A stretch of 62,952 nt of DNA, filler included, from Pelomyxa schiedti (Eukaryota; Protista; Evosea), in assembly GCA_020536535.1 (NCBI GenBank). It is 9 parts of 9 records of this genome, joined end to end, with 100 filler letters (N's around TTAATTAATTAA, not from the genome) between each part and the next. Parts side by side here need not be neighbours in the genome. Positions count along the whole stretch, not along the records: positions 9,250 to 38,073 come from JAHLWZ010000065.1; 8 more parts are not named here. The stretch is one strand, 5' to 3'. Under the pieces are notes generated by a model that searched no databases, was not told the origin of the DNA, and was given only the letters and a program-made list of their open reading frames with translations. The position numbers were made by a program, and so were the translations under genes. Numbering within the stretch: position 1 is the first letter of the stretch; every line of letters begins with the position of its first letter. Positions 12,851 through 24,876 of the stretch are shown piece by piece.

Positions 12851-13805
12851 GCCTTACATCCTCAGAGTGTCCTTCTGCTTCACAGTTGTGTACTTGTAAA
12901 AAAAAAGTAAGATGTAATTCTGGAGGGAGGTTGAAGGAGGCCATGTGCTGCATAACAAAAACCCGAACCAGATTTTATTATGGCGTTCTTGTGTGGTTTT
13001 GCTTGGGGAGATCCGGGACAAACGAGGAACACTCTGCATTCCGATATTAGCGCGGGAATCATGGGAAGCATACATGTATGCAAGTTCACCCGGCAAGCGT
13101 TCTACCAAGCGCGGGAATGCACTGGTTCAAATCCAAAGCTACAATGGATGAGACTCTCATTTAACTCCAATTACACTAATTAGTTTATTCATTGCGTTTA
13201 CATTTATGGTTTTATTAGCTTTTGGTTGGATCATGGATATAGTGAGGAACTTATTTGTGCTCTGTGTTGTACCCGGGAATATCACAGGAACAAGCAATGG
13301 ATGGAATGTACCAGGGGGTACCTCACATCGAATATTGCGGATCCATAACCACTGGATCAAATCCTAAGCAAAATCGGGTTAGTTCTGTTTAAATAATCAG
13401 TTTAGAATCATTTCGTTTGGATTTTACTGCTTTATTGGATTGTCTTATTTGTGTTTTATTAAGAAGTTAATGAATTTTTCACTCTACATAAATTTCTGGA
13501 AACTACACAAAACTCAACAAAACCATTATCATTATCGAATTTTCATTGTGCATTCTAATCTGTGGTATATTGACGTCTCGGTGCGGTGCGGCACGCGACG
13601 CGTAATTACGAAGATCGCTGTTAGGTGAAGAAGCAAACAGTCATCATCAGCAGCCTGAGATGTTGGCCATCAAGTGGACAGACACTGGATGATTTATTTT
13701 ATTATTTCAGTGCAGAGTAAGTGTGAGAAATGCCAGTTGTAGATATGGTGTCAGCACCACCAGCATATCTACCAGCCACCAGCATCTGCCAGGTGTACAC
13801 AATTT

Positions 13806-14129
13806 TCAGTGTTTGTTGATTGGGGCATTGTTGTTAAAAATCCTGAGTGTTGCCAGTTGTGTGCCTGTGAAGGTGTCGCGAATGCAACATGTGGCAACAA
13901 CTACGTCATTTTCCGGTTTGGAAGTAGAGGCAGCCTGTATTTTGACAGCATCAATTTCATTTGACGAGGAGCCACAGCAGTCACGATTCAGGGGGTCACG
14001 TGGGTAGCGCCACGATGGCTTGCTCATCATCATGTCAGAAGCACTATACACTTCGCACATTGCCAAATCCTTTCTCACCCAAACAATGTGCCCATTTGAA
14101 ACAGTAGCAAGGTCATAAGTCCTTGATGG
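13806..14129 (-). CDS. C-terminal part of an ARSQF-family gene (duplicate of the 3' end of 36469-38000)
   Basis: PSRTYDLATVSNGHIVWVRKDLAMCEVYSASDMMMSKPSW is identical to the 36469 copy. The 5' part is lost in the N gap. Confidence 0.7.
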   Translation of the reverse strand, partial: PSRTYDLATVSNGHIVWVRKDLAMCEVYSASDMMMSKPSWRYPRDPLNRDCCGSSSNEIDAVKIQAASTSKPENDVVVATCCIRDTFTGTQLATLRIFNNNAPINKH

Positions 14130-14229
14130 NNNNNNNNNNNNNNNNNNNNNNNNNNNNNNNNNNNNNNNNNNNNNNNNNNNNNNNNNNNNNNNNNNNNNNN
14201 NNNNNNNNNNNNNNNNNNNNNNNNNNNNN

Positions 14230-14489
14230 TCGTCTTGAAACAGCGGGAAACCATCCAGACTGAGTGACGTTGCTTGGAACTTGAGGGTGATCGTGCGTGA
14301 TGGTGCCACGACCCATTGGCGGCCAACTTCCGACAACGTCGAAAATGGCAAGTGACGCGCGCCACTCGCGCTGCCACACCGTCCCACAATCGCACCAACG
14401 GCAAGTGCCACAAATTGCTTCCGTGCACAAAGACCAACGGCAACAGACGGTCCACGTCGTCCCTTCATTTTCGGGCAATTTCTGTTCAT
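14230..14489 (-). CDS. N-terminal part of a divergent ARSQF-family gene, cut by the N gap
   Basis: ARKQFVALAVGAIVGRCGSASGARHLPFSTLSEVGRQWVV. Confidence 0.7.
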
Positions 14490-14739
14490 TTGTTGTGAGA
14501 AGGAAAAGCAACAGCAAACCGGTGTGAGTGGTGTCCCTGACGGGGAGTGACGAACACGTTTGTTGCGAGATAAGGAGGGAAACGGAGTATTTATTTTTAT
14601 GGATCGGTGGGTTGCTCGGGGCTGACCCTGCGATTCCCTTTTTCGGGAAGTCATCACTTTCACAGTGGAAGAACCTCAACCAGCAGTGGTATTACCACTG
14701 TTTGCAGTTGTGGTAGAAACAAAACAAAAAAAATCGTGA

Positions 14740-17066
14740 TCAAAGGAGACTGGTGGAGGGGAGGGAAGAGAGGGCATCGACGGCAGAGAGCCTGGCAGCC
14801 TTGTCTGGGTTCATCATCCTGATCATCACCTCTTTCAGTGAATTGATGTTGATGTGACTCTCAACTGGTCCTGCTGTCGCTGTGGATGTGGCTGTTGCTG
14901 GTGCAATTGGGAACGACGCGACCAGTGTGTGGGGGTTGAACTCACTCATGTCATGGAACAGGTTGCTGCCGATGAATTTGTGGGAAGGAGGCAGCAGTGA
15001 ATCGTAGAACGTGAGTGCCAGTGCAAATGAGTCACACTTGGAGTACGAGAACACCACACTGCATCCTCCAGTATTCTTTAGCAGGGTGGACAGCTCCGGG
15101 GGCACAGTGCCCGTGTTGCCCCATGACTGTGTTGTGGTGGAGACTGGCCACTCAAGGTTGGTGCAGTGCTGTGCTTCGCCAAAGTCAATTAGTGTGAGAT
15201 TACCACTGATGGGATCAACAAGAATGTTATCTTCCTTGATGTCCCTTGGTTTTTTGTTTGAGTTAATCTGTCTGTGAAACTCAAACAAAACCTGTGAACG
15301 ATGGAACATGTTTCAATGTGGCGGATTGCCTTGAGTCCTTGAATGAACACGTTCAAAACCACTCCAACCATCCTCTCTGTTGCGGGTTCCAGCATTTTCG
15401 AGAAGTATGAAGACAGGTGGATTCCAGCATGGGGCATGAGTATTGCAAAAGACTTGTTGTGGCAGAGTTCCCGAAAAACGGATTTGTCTCTTGGAATTTT
15501 GTCAGAAAACTCTGGTGGCAAGCTGTGAAGAGTATTTTTGATTGTTGGTCTGTTAGTTAGTTGCAAACTGTATTGACCATACCATGGGAGCACAAGTGTA
15601 CCAAGAGGGTGAATCACATTTGGGTGATGTGGAATCAATGAAAGGGTCACACACTCTGCCATGTATTTCTGCCTCAGCAGGGTCTGCCGTGGTGTGTTCT
15701 CCAAGTTGAAAAGAACCTTCATCACCAGGTCTCTTGTTATGGTTGTTGAAGAACTGGTGGAGAGCATCTCAGAGCAGCTGTGACCTTTATATCGTACTTT
15801 GAATGCAGCTGCATTCGAGCCAGTGCCAAGTAGTCTCTCCACAATGAAGTCATCCGCAGTTGCCGACATAAGAGATGTCATTGTATCAACAAGAGCCTGA
15901 AATTTGTGAGGGGTGGTTGAAAAAGGAAAGCAAAAAAACAAACCTTGTATCTTGCTGAGTTTGAAATTTCCTGTCTCCAGCTCACTTCCAAATTCTGGGG
16001 TGCCCTTTTTTCAGTTTGGAGCTGTGAACGCGGTAAGCATTGGTGTGTTCATGAAAATCTGACACACCATTTCATCTGAATTGGGAAAAGAGAGCAAGAT
16101 GTTTAAGGCCCCTTTGTGCCCACTCTCAGCTGCCTTTTTCACCCAGGAACGTGCCTGCTTCATGTCTCTTTCAATGCCATCACCATCTCTCAGACACAAA
16201 CCAAGGTAAAACATTGACAAGGGATCAGCATTAACAGAGCTGGCACCAAGCTGAAAAAACCTTACAGCCCTTTTCTTGTCTGTGGGAACACCACACTCTC
16301 CATTGTAGAAGTGCAGTCCCAGCTCCCCACACGCCATAGCCCCGTCCAAGCCATTTGCCTTTTCATACAGCTCCTGAGCCCTGCTCAGGTCCACACCAAC
16401 GCCAGCACCAATTTCGTAGGCAGCTCCCAGAAACATTTGAGCCCTTTCAGGCATCACAGATTTACAAGCAGTCTGGAGCATCTGTAATCCCTTTGCTGCA
16501 TCCCTTTCCACACCACAACCAAACAAATAGCACCATGCAAGGTAAGCCTGGGCAGCCGAGCAATCTCCCGACTGTTGCATGAGCGAAACAGCCTTTTCGC
16601 AGTCCCTCTTCACGCCCTCCCCACGCAGATAGCACACTCCAAGGTACCACGAGAAATACTTGTTGTGGCCGATCGCCCTGTGGTAGAGCGACACAGCGAT
16701 GCACAGGTCACGCTCCACCCCGACGCCGTGCTGGTAGCACCACCCAATGTCACACAGGCACCCCGCAAAGTCGGAGAACTTCCATCCGATCCCCGACATC
16801 AGGCACCAGTGCTTGGCCTTCTCGACGTCCTTGGGCAGGCCCTCCCACCCGTTGAAGTAATCCTGAGCCAGGCGGGCCATGGCCTGCGCGTTTCCCCACA
16901 TCGCGGCCTGTTGCAGAAGAGACGTGCCGGCGGAGTAGTCCTTTGGCAAGTTGTGTTCACCTTCGAGATAGCACACGGCCAGATCCAACATCGCGGTGGT
17001 ATCTCCTGCATTCACCCTCGCAGTCAGGCTTGAGACGTGCGCGTCGTCACTCTGTGTCGCACCCAT
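14740..17066 (-). CDS. Sel1-like repeat protein fused to a PINK1-like Ser/Thr kinase, spliced, possible N-myristoylation
   Basis: Starts MGATQS, then about 8 Sel1 repeats (LGVCYLRGEGVKRDCEKAV). Kinase motifs LGTGSNA, VMKVLFN, HPNVIH, IVHR|DIKEDNILV, LIDFG, GNTGTVPPE, YSKCDSFA. Confidence 0.85.
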
Positions 17067-17182
17067 CAAAAACTCTGACAAATTGATTAACTTATCACTT
17101 CAGAGAAAAAGTCGACGTGGCGGTTGGTGCGGTCAGTGTGATCGTCTGAAAATAAATCTACAACACCTGAGTTAGGTGTCGC

Positions 17183-18352
17183 ATGCAGACACAACAAGCG
17201 CTTGCGACGCAAAAAGTGATTACTGGTGCCCTGCCATCGCCATGTCACATGGTCCTGGCGCGATCCCAACTGGTTGCACTGCTCACAAGCGTGGTGATTC
17301 CCCGTTGTGGGACACACAGCCAATCGCGGCTCCTCCCTGCTCCCACAATCAAAGATGAGATCGCCGCCAAGTGGGTCATGTCCGTAGACAGGAGGATCGT
17401 GATCAAGTGGAATGAGATTTTCAGCAGATCTGACAACGATCACGAGAACACCCTTTGCAACCTTGTGTTCATCGGGGTGTCACTGACCTTGGGTGTTGTT
17501 GAGTACCACGTCCTCAGCAGAAGGAATTTCACCAAGGACAACCTTCACACTGCTCACTGGATTGGAAATGGCTGTGCCATGTTCCCAGCTGAGCAGGGTG
17601 ACACAATAACAATTGCAAATCTGAGGACACACGTGGTGAGGAACGTAGCTGCCCCTGGATTCCATGCTGGCGGGCAATTTGACATGTGCAAGGGCAGGAA
17701 GTGGGTGGTGGTCTGGAGTGTTTGGTTTACCATTGTGATACTTCACATGAGTGCGCTGAATGATGACAGTTGGAACGGGCCAATCAGCATGTCAGTGGCT
17801 CTTACAAATGGATTGAGGACGGTGGAGATGATCAGCGATGATGAGGCCGTGCTCCTGCCTCATGCAGACCATAATGTTGAAGTGTTGTGTGTGGACTTGA
17901 AGAAGTCATTTGAGTTGGGATCACTTGTTGTCACAGATAGGTTCAGAAGGTTTCCACTGATGGGCACGATGGTTTTTCACTCCAAAATGCACAAGGTGAT
18001 TTTGACCAAGTACGAGTGGCACGGTACTGGCATTGAGTGGGTATCACTTCAGCCAGACTGCTTGCTGGTGCTGCACCATTCTGTGTTGTGCCACCACATT
18101 CAGCAGGTGGATAGCACGCATTTTGTGGAGGAGGATACACCCAACATGATCCTGAACTTGTTCTCAACAGATGACTTCACCCAACCAGTTCGTGTGTTCC
18201 ACCTGAGTGACAGGTTCTGCTGTGAGAATGGATTCATTGTGCTCTGGAGTTCGGGCTACCTTGACCTCGTGGATTCCATCACAGGCTCCTGGTTGTTGCG
18301 CCAACCCTCCTCTCACTTTGGCATAAGCTGGGTCTCTCTCGACACCTCCTGA
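17183..18352 (+). CDS. Intronless hypothetical protein, divergent ARSQF-motif family (389 aa)
   Basis: ARSQLVALLTSVVIPRCGTHSQSRLLPAPTIKDEIAAKWVM...GVSLTLGVV...RKWVV...VDLKKSF. Confidence 0.8.
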   Translation: MQTQQALATQKVITGALPSPCHMVLARSQLVALLTSVVIPRCGTHSQSRLLPAPTIKDEIAAKWVMSVDRRIVIKWNEIFSRSDNDHENTLCNLVFIGVSLTLGVVEYHVLSRRNFTKDNLHTAHWIGNGCAMFPAEQGDTITIANLRTHVVRNVAAPGFHAGGQFDMCKGRKWVVVWSVWFTIVILHMSALNDDSWNGPISMSVALTNGLRTVEMISDDEAVLLPHADHNVEVLCVDLKKSFELGSLVVTDRFRRFPLMGTMVFHSKMHKVILTKYEWHGTGIEWVSLQPDCLLVLHHSVLCHHIQQVDSTHFVEEDTPNMILNLFSTDDFTQPVRVFHLSDRFCCENGFIVLWSSGYLDLVDSITGSWLLRQPSSHFGISWVSLDTS

Positions 18353-18611
18353 TGATCGACTGGGAAGGCCATTTTGTAGGTGTTAGTGTTATTAATAGTG
18401 TGCCCCTATTATTAAATTTCGCTCAAAGGCGATTTCCTTCACATTCAAAAATGATAGCCAATGAGGTTGCCTCTTCAAGCCTTTTTTCGGAGTCTTTGAT
18501 TTGTGGTTGTTTGTTGTTTAGCAGCCGTCACACTCACCGAACCAAGAAGGCTGCCGTAACCACCGTGAGGCCACGCACCTCGTTTTTCTCCTTCTGGAAT
18601 TGAGGGAACAC

Positions 18612-19453
18612 ATGAAAGCAACGATTCAGGCAGTGATCGACGCACGATCGCAGTTTGTTGCGTTCGCGAGTTCCTCGGTCGAGAGGTGCGGTGTCGGCAG
18701 CGCAGCCAGGTCAATGTCCCACAATCCCGAGTTGTGCGAGTCGTTCGGCCGCGACTGGGTCGTCGGCTGCTACAGGCAACAACAGAAAAGCTGGTCGTGT
18801 GGAGGGTGAACCGCGGTGTACCTGTGTGCCACGGGTTTGATGTGACACGCACTGTTCCACTGAACGAGAGCGGTGCAAAGTTCTCTCCATTTGACCCTTG
18901 TGGTGATGAACTTGCATTTGTGGGTGGTTCACAGTCTGCTGTGATTTCATTCGTTAATCTTGAGAGGAGCATTGATGCTGGGGTCACAGTGAAAGCCAGA
19001 GAGTGCCTTTCACTCCCACACCCAAATCCCTTTGATTTGATTTGGGCTTCACCCAACACAATCATCACTCTGCACTGTATCTTGAGTGGCCGAATCTTCA
19101 CAGTTTACAACACCATGACTGGAAATTTCCGTTCCTTCCCATTTGCCAAGTACCTCAATCTTCTCACAGTTCCACCTGCACATGTTGCTGTTCAGAAGAA
19201 AGGGGCTGCAACATCGGTGCGTGAGATATTGTCTGTGATTAACTTGAGTCAAGAGCCCTCATTTCGATATGTATGCAAGCCTGTGCTGTATTCATGTGAA
19301 TCTGTGTATGTAATAGCCGAAGAAAGTAGTTCTGGCCAGTCTGTAACCAGTATTTGTGACACACTAACAGGCAAGATACTGGCAAATCTCTTCATGACGA
19401 AGCATTTTCCCTTCCTGGAGCACTTGCGCTACATTCATGACTCCCTGACATGA
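18612..19453 (+). pseudogene. ARSQF-family pseudogene with internal deletion and frameshift
   Basis: The N-motif (ARSQFVAFA...GRDWVVGCYRQ) is joined out of frame at ~18780 to KLVVWRVNRGVP. The roughly 90-100 aa found between these points in paralogs are absent. Confidence 0.75.
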
Positions 19454-19647
19454 ATGGAAGCAGGAGATCCTTGAGTATTCTAGTTCGATGGGAATAACTT
19501 GAATCAGATACCAAAGAAAACCAGTGGGAGCTTTTGCAACTCGTTTTTTTCTTCCTGAATTTGTAAAAAACAGTCAGTGTGAAGAAGTTCTCCAGCTGAA
19601 GAGAAATACTTGTCACTCAGAGGAGCGGTGGGAGATGGTTTTCACAA

Positions 19648-20130
19648 TCAAGATTCAACAAAGCAAGAGAACGGTGCGGAAATGTGGTTGAGCCAAGTGA
19701 AGGAAGGAAAAAGAATTGCGAGAACGGCTGTCCCTCCTGGCTCAATCACATAGATACTGTCCTTGTGCACCTTGAAGATGAAACCACACTGTGATTCAAC
19801 ATGGAACTGGCCTGCTGACCACGGCATCAGAGCCACTGGGTGTGTGATATCATCGCGGTGATACACTGCAAATTTTTTCTCACTTGGGAGCTTCCAAATT
19901 CTGGAGGACACACAGAACAGCGAGTCACTAACACGGCCAACATAAGCCACAGTGTCACCAGGGGCAACGAGGGCCTGAGAAACACCAGTCCGCTCTTCCA
20001 CTCGGAATACTGTTGTGGTGTAACGGCACAATAGGGTCTTCACAATGAAAACACGTGACCCATATGAGGGGGAGGAAGGATCATCCCAGTTCCTCAGCAC
20101 AACAAGGCCCGAAAATGAGCTCTGTTCGTT
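19648..20130 (-). pseudogene. Probable C-terminal fragment of a related beta-rich family gene
   Basis: SDSLFCV...FAVYHRDDITHP...ESQCGFIF...VIEPGGTAVL resembles the C-terminus of 17183-18352. No N-terminal motif is present. Confidence 0.45.
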
Positions 20131-20180
20131 CAGCATCCGCCAAGAAAGAAAAAAATTTTTTGGTTCTTCTTGAAGCAGAT

Positions 20181-21413
20181 TCATGAATGAAAGTGGATGA
20201 TTGCCAGTGCCTTGCCTGTGATGGCACATTGAAGGGTCACTGTGGGCCAGGTATGGACCTGTGCTTGTGGGTGTGTCTGGAGTGCTGTTGTTTTGGTGGC
20301 TGGAACCTTGACAGCACGGAGTGATAGTGAAGTGCAGTTCAATGTTTCTCCTTCGAATTTGTAGTGCCAGGAGGGCGCACCCAAGTCATTTGATGAGGCA
20401 CAATAAACCTCACAGATATTATCACGTGACAAGGCGGCAATGTGTGAAGGGGGCAGTGCGTGAACCCACTGGTACTTGACATCAGAGAATGTGTGCAGCA
20501 GTTGACCAGTGTTTGTGTTGTACACTCTGTAGCCAGCGCCAGTTCCACTGTGAAGAGCCAGCATGGTATTTTGCGGTGCCCAGACCAAGTCAAATGGAGA
20601 GGAGTATGGGAGGACAACACTCTCCTTTGTCACAACGGTGACACCAGCTTCAAAGCTCTTCTCAAGGTCAACAAAGGAAATTGAACTCCCAGAGGCACCA
20701 CTGTTGTTTTGGTCATTGTTCCCAACAGCAAGGAGTTCATCGCCACAAGGGTCAAACGGAGAAAACGCCGAACAAACCCCACTGATAGGAACAGAGCAAC
20801 GCACATCAACGCCACGGCCAAAACGGCGGGCCACCCTCCACAGCGCCAAACTCCTCGTTCCACCAATGAAATTGACCCGCACAATCCACTTGCTGTTGCA
20901 CACCCAATACGCCGAGGGTGCCGTCGCCACGTCGGAATCCAGGGCCTCCACCACCTTCCCTTTGCTGTCGACAATGCTCGACACTCCCTCCATCGAGCTT
21001 GCCACGAACCTGTCGTCGCCAACTGGACTGCCCTCGACGAACGCGAGCTCGTTGTCAAGCAGCAGTGCGGTTTCTTCGAGGCACGTGCACCACGCCACGC
21101 CAAGGGTGGCACTCACGCCCATGAACACGTGGATGTTCGCACTACGCCGCTTTAGCACCGCATCGCCTGACACCAAGATGGTGGCGCCGATCTGCCTGCA
21201 GCAGCCGACGACCCAGTCGCGGCCGAACGCCTCGCACAACTCGCGATTGTGGGACAGCAACTTGGCTGCGCTGCCGACACCGCACCTCTCGATCGAGGAA
21301 CTCGCAAACGCAACGAACTGCGATCGCGGCTCGATCAAGATCTCCGTCTTTGTCACTTTCGGCGTCGCAGCCATTGTTTCGATCACAGTTGTGAGTTCCA
21401 CTGAGTTTTCCAC
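20181..21413 (-). CDS. Intronless ARSQF-motif family protein (~400 aa)
   Basis: EPRSQFVAFASSSIERCGVGSAAKLLSHNRELCEAFGRDWVV; FSPFDPCGDE; SFVDLEKS. Confidence 0.8.
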   Translation of the reverse strand: MENSVELTTVIETMAATPKVTKTEILIEPRSQFVAFASSSIERCGVGSAAKLLSHNRELCEAFGRDWVVGCCRQIGATILVSGDAVLKRRSANIHVFMGVSATLGVAWCTCLEETALLLDNELAFVEGSPVGDDRFVASSMEGVSSIVDSKGKVVEALDSDVATAPSAYWVCNSKWIVRVNFIGGTRSLALWRVARRFGRGVDVRCSVPISGVCSAFSPFDPCGDELLAVGNNDQNNSGASGSSISFVDLEKSFEAGVTVVTKESVVLPYSSPFDLVWAPQNTMLALHSGTGAGYRVYNTNTGQLLHTFSDVKYQWVHALPPSHIAALSRDNICEVYCASSNDLGAPSWHYKFEGETLNCTSLSLRAVKVPATKTTALQTHPQAQVHTWPTVTLQCAITGKALAIIHFHS

Positions 21414-21448
21414 ATGTTTCTATTCAGAAGAATGGGGGCAAACACATG

Positions 21449-22696
21449 TCACGTTGTTGATTTCCCTAATGAGGAAGAATTTATGGAGAGAGAGGAGAGT
21501 ATAGTGGCAAGAGAGAGTGTCCCGTTCTGCATCAAAAAGGGTGGCGAGGTAATCGTGACAACTGCCGCTACCATTGGTTTGCCTGTCAGGGAGTCATGAA
21601 TGTAGAGTGCAGGCCGCTGGCCAGGGACTGGGAATACTGCTTTGGATGACGAGGACATCCTCGATTGTGCTGGAGGAGGGCAGTGGAATTGGCACAAGGG
21701 CTGTCCCAGATCAGAGTATGTACAGCTATAGACCTCACAAGTTGAATTCCATGTGATGGCAGCGATTTTCTCACCAGGGGGAACTCGGTAAACATTCTGG
21801 TACTTTTCAGAGGGGAATGTGTGCACTAGTTCACCGGTTACAGTGTTGTAAACTTCGTAGGTACCGTGCAATTTGTGCAGAGTGAGGATGGTGTTTGGTG
21901 ATGACCACACAAAGTCAAATGGATGTGGATCTGGGATGGAAACTCTCTTCTGACACCCCACAGTGACCCCAGCTTCAAAGCTCCTCTCAAGGTCAACAAA
22001 TGAAAGGACAGCTACCGTTGCATCGCCACCAGCAAAGACGAGTTCATCACTGTATGGGTCGGCCTGAAAGAACCTCACACCACGATCAGTCAAGGACACC
22101 GTACACTTCACCCCCACGCCATCACTGTTAACTGGCATTCCATTTTTCAGCCTCCATAGAATCAGCTTTGCATAGTCACGAGGATTCTCAACCCTCACAA
22201 GCCACTTTTTGTTGATTGCCCACAATGCAAACGGATATGACCCTCCATCCAGAGTAGCCACCACCTTCCCGTCGCTTCCGACAATGCCTGAGCACTCGCT
22301 GTGCGTGTTTGCGACGAACCTGTCATCGCCAACGCACCCTTCAATGAACGCAAGCAGTGGCAGCACCGGTGAAATCTCGTTCTTCAGGATCAGTGATCCC
22401 TGGTCCAGCCACGAGCACCACACGACGCCAAGCGTGGCACTCACGCCCATGAACAAGCTCACATTCCCCCGTTCTTTGTACCCTTCTGCGTCCCGTTCTA
22501 TGGCAATGGTGGTGCCGATCTGCCTGCAGCAGCAGACGACCCAGTCGCGGCCAAACGACTCGCACAACGCACCATTTTGGGACACCAACTTGGCCGCGCT
22601 ACCGACCCCACACCTCTCGATCGAGGAACTCACGAACGCAACAAACTGTGATCGTGCATCCAACAGGATTTGAGTACTGGCTAGGGTCGTTGTCAT
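21449..22696 (-). CDS. Intronless ARSQF-motif family protein (415 aa), tandem with 20181-21413
   Basis: DARSQFVAFVSSSIERCGVGSAAKLVSQNGALCESFGRDWVV. Confidence 0.8.
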   Translation of the reverse strand: MTTTLASTQILLDARSQFVAFVSSSIERCGVGSAAKLVSQNGALCESFGRDWVVCCCRQIGTTIAIERDAEGYKERGNVSLFMGVSATLGVVWCSWLDQGSLILKNEISPVLPLLAFIEGCVGDDRFVANTHSECSGIVGSDGKVVATLDGGSYPFALWAINKKWLVRVENPRDYAKLILWRLKNGMPVNSDGVGVKCTVSLTDRGVRFFQADPYSDELVFAGGDATVAVLSFVDLERSFEAGVTVGCQKRVSIPDPHPFDFVWSSPNTILTLHKLHGTYEVYNTVTGELVHTFPSEKYQNVYRVPPGEKIAAITWNSTCEVYSCTYSDLGQPLCQFHCPPPAQSRMSSSSKAVFPVPGQRPALYIHDSLTGKPMVAAVVTITSPPFLMQNGTLSLATILSSLSINSSSLGKSTT

Positions 22697-22990
22697 TTTC
22701 GAGGTTTTTTGACCAAAGGACGTGTTCCGGGATGTTGATTCCTTTATTTGACTCTTAACCGTGAGTTAACTCTGGGCCGGTTTCCTACTCCTCGTGCAAG
22801 GGGGTGGTTATCTCCCCACAACAAAAGAACTGTGGGGGCCATTCCTCTCCAGAAAAAGCCTAATAGATCCGGAGCAGAAAAGGGAAACAAAAAATGAGTG
22901 GCGTCGGTGAGGTACCACGGCACACACACGCACCGCCACGTCCCTCGCTTTTGCGTCTTATTAAATTTTATACTCTCGCCATGTAGCGCC

Positions 22991-24876
22991 ATGCACGCGC
23001 TAACACTTGTACCACAGACGGCGACAGATTCCGAACTTGTGTTGGCAGCTGCCGCGATAGTGGTCACGGTCGGCAGCGTGTTGTGGTGCCTGTTCCGTCG
23101 CTGCCTGTTCAGCAACAACAACAACACCAAGCCCCCCACGCCATCTCCATTATCATCATCGTCGTCGTCGTCGTATTGTTCTCCTCGGGGCATCGGGGTG
23201 CTGGGGGCCAGCAGTGGCTCCCCACGCGCCACCAGCAACAGCACGGGGACGGGGGGGACACCAAACAGCAGCAGCAGCAGCAGGGGGGGAGGGGTGGTGC
23301 ACAGAGGGGCGAGGATGACAGCCGCCGCCACGCCGTCGTCGTCGGCGGGTGGTGGCGGTGGTGGTTGTGGTGGCGCCGCGGCAGAATCGTTTACATCGAA
23401 TCTGGTGGCGAGAAGGTCGCCTGCTTCTTCTTCTGCGTCGTTCTCGTCGTCGTCACCGCAGCAGGGTTTGGTTGGTAGGCAGAACACTGCTGCCTCGCCG
23501 AGCCAATTCACCACAACGACAACAACTACTACTACAACTAGTACCGGTACTGAATCTGGCAACTGGCAGCCGTTTGGTCAAAATCCGCAGGTGCATAGTA
23601 AACCGGTACCTCCTTCGGATATGGAGGAAGTTGGCAGGGATCCTGCAGGTCTAAACACTGGTGTCTCCACGCAACAATCCGGTATATTCGCCACTGAAGT
23701 GGGCTCCAACTCAGAGTCAGTGTTAGAAAGCAATCCAACTGATTTGGGCCATCTTGACCTGGGAAGGGGACCAAATAACGGATTGATTGGAGTATGCTTT
23801 TTTCATTCCTAGAAGAAGCGTTTCACTCTGAAACAGATCAGTGAGGCTCTGCGTTGCACTGGAGAAACTCCAGATACTCACTTTGCACTATCCGAACCTA
23901 ACCAGGCTTCAGCAGACACTGCACAAGATGGTATGTCGCTATTTAGTAATAATTGTAATCCCTGGGCTTCAGCAAACAATTCCGACTTGCTGGCCAGCCG
24001 ACATGTAACCTTCGCCCCGACTGGAGTAGAGGCAGCACTGCAGCAAATTCTTCAAGAACTGGCAGAGATGTAGCTTCTTTCTTAATTTTTTTTTACATTT
24101 TGGCTAATATGTTACAGCAAAGAAATGCTGTTCTCGGAACGGAAATTTATGCAAACTGCGGATTTGTAATGTTTCTTCCTCTTTTATTGTTTGTCTGATT
24201 TCCCTGCAGTGGCCAATATACCTCAGTGATTGATGATACCAATACACACACAGAAACTGCTGAAAATGACGGCACTACTGTAACGTCTCCTTTCATTCCG
24301 CTTTCCTCGATAACAACAGCAACTTCCAATCCGAGTTGCCCCGATCCCAACGTGAATAATCAAGCCCCATCTGGATTTACACCTCTCACATTCACTTCAC
24401 CAGCATCGGATTCTACAACCCAAGCTACAACGAATACTGAGCGTACACCTTTAACTACCGGAGAGCAACCACAACCAAGTTTACCGGCATTCACACCTCC
24501 CAGTCTGGTGTTTAACACGGGCTTTATTCCCCTCCCTGCAACTTCAACCTCGCAACCCTCAGGCTTCACTCCTCCTTCCTCCATTAGCTTTACGCAATCC
24601 GCAACTGGTTTCAGTGTTCCAAGTGGCTCAGGGTTTACACCACCGGCAACCAGCTTCAATTCCTCTACTGCTGGCTTCACCTTACCAAGCACATCTGGCT
24701 TCACACCCTCCACAAGCGGGTTCATTCCACCAGCATCAGGCTTTTCTCTGCTGACTCCTGGGAACTTAAGTGCTACCGGGTCCCAGTCAATCTTTCCCGA
24801 TCCCAATGTCTCACAGGTTTCGACTTTTCCTCTACCGTTATCACTTAAATTTATTGATAGAGGGAAAATGATATGA
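22991..24876 (+). CDS. Spliced low-complexity protein with an N-terminal TM helix and C-terminal (S)GFTPP repeats
   Basis: Hydrophobic LVLAAAAIVVTVGSVLWCLF followed by RR, S/T/G tracts, small internal exons, and about 9 xGF(T/I/S)P-type repeats in 24370-24760. The exon structure and 3' end are approximate. Confidence 0.5.

Larger units (their letters stand above)
9250..14129. repeat. Segmental duplication, copy A (copy B at 31553-36888)
   Basis: Co-linear, high-identity sequence and ORFs (SULT, ARSQF gene, relic ORFs, second ARSQF C-terminus) with scattered substitutions and indels. Confidence 0.95.

Noticed and set aside
13806-14663. 285-aa ORF across the N gap
   Set aside because: A chimera: the two sides belong to different ARSQF subfamilies and are joined only through Ns.
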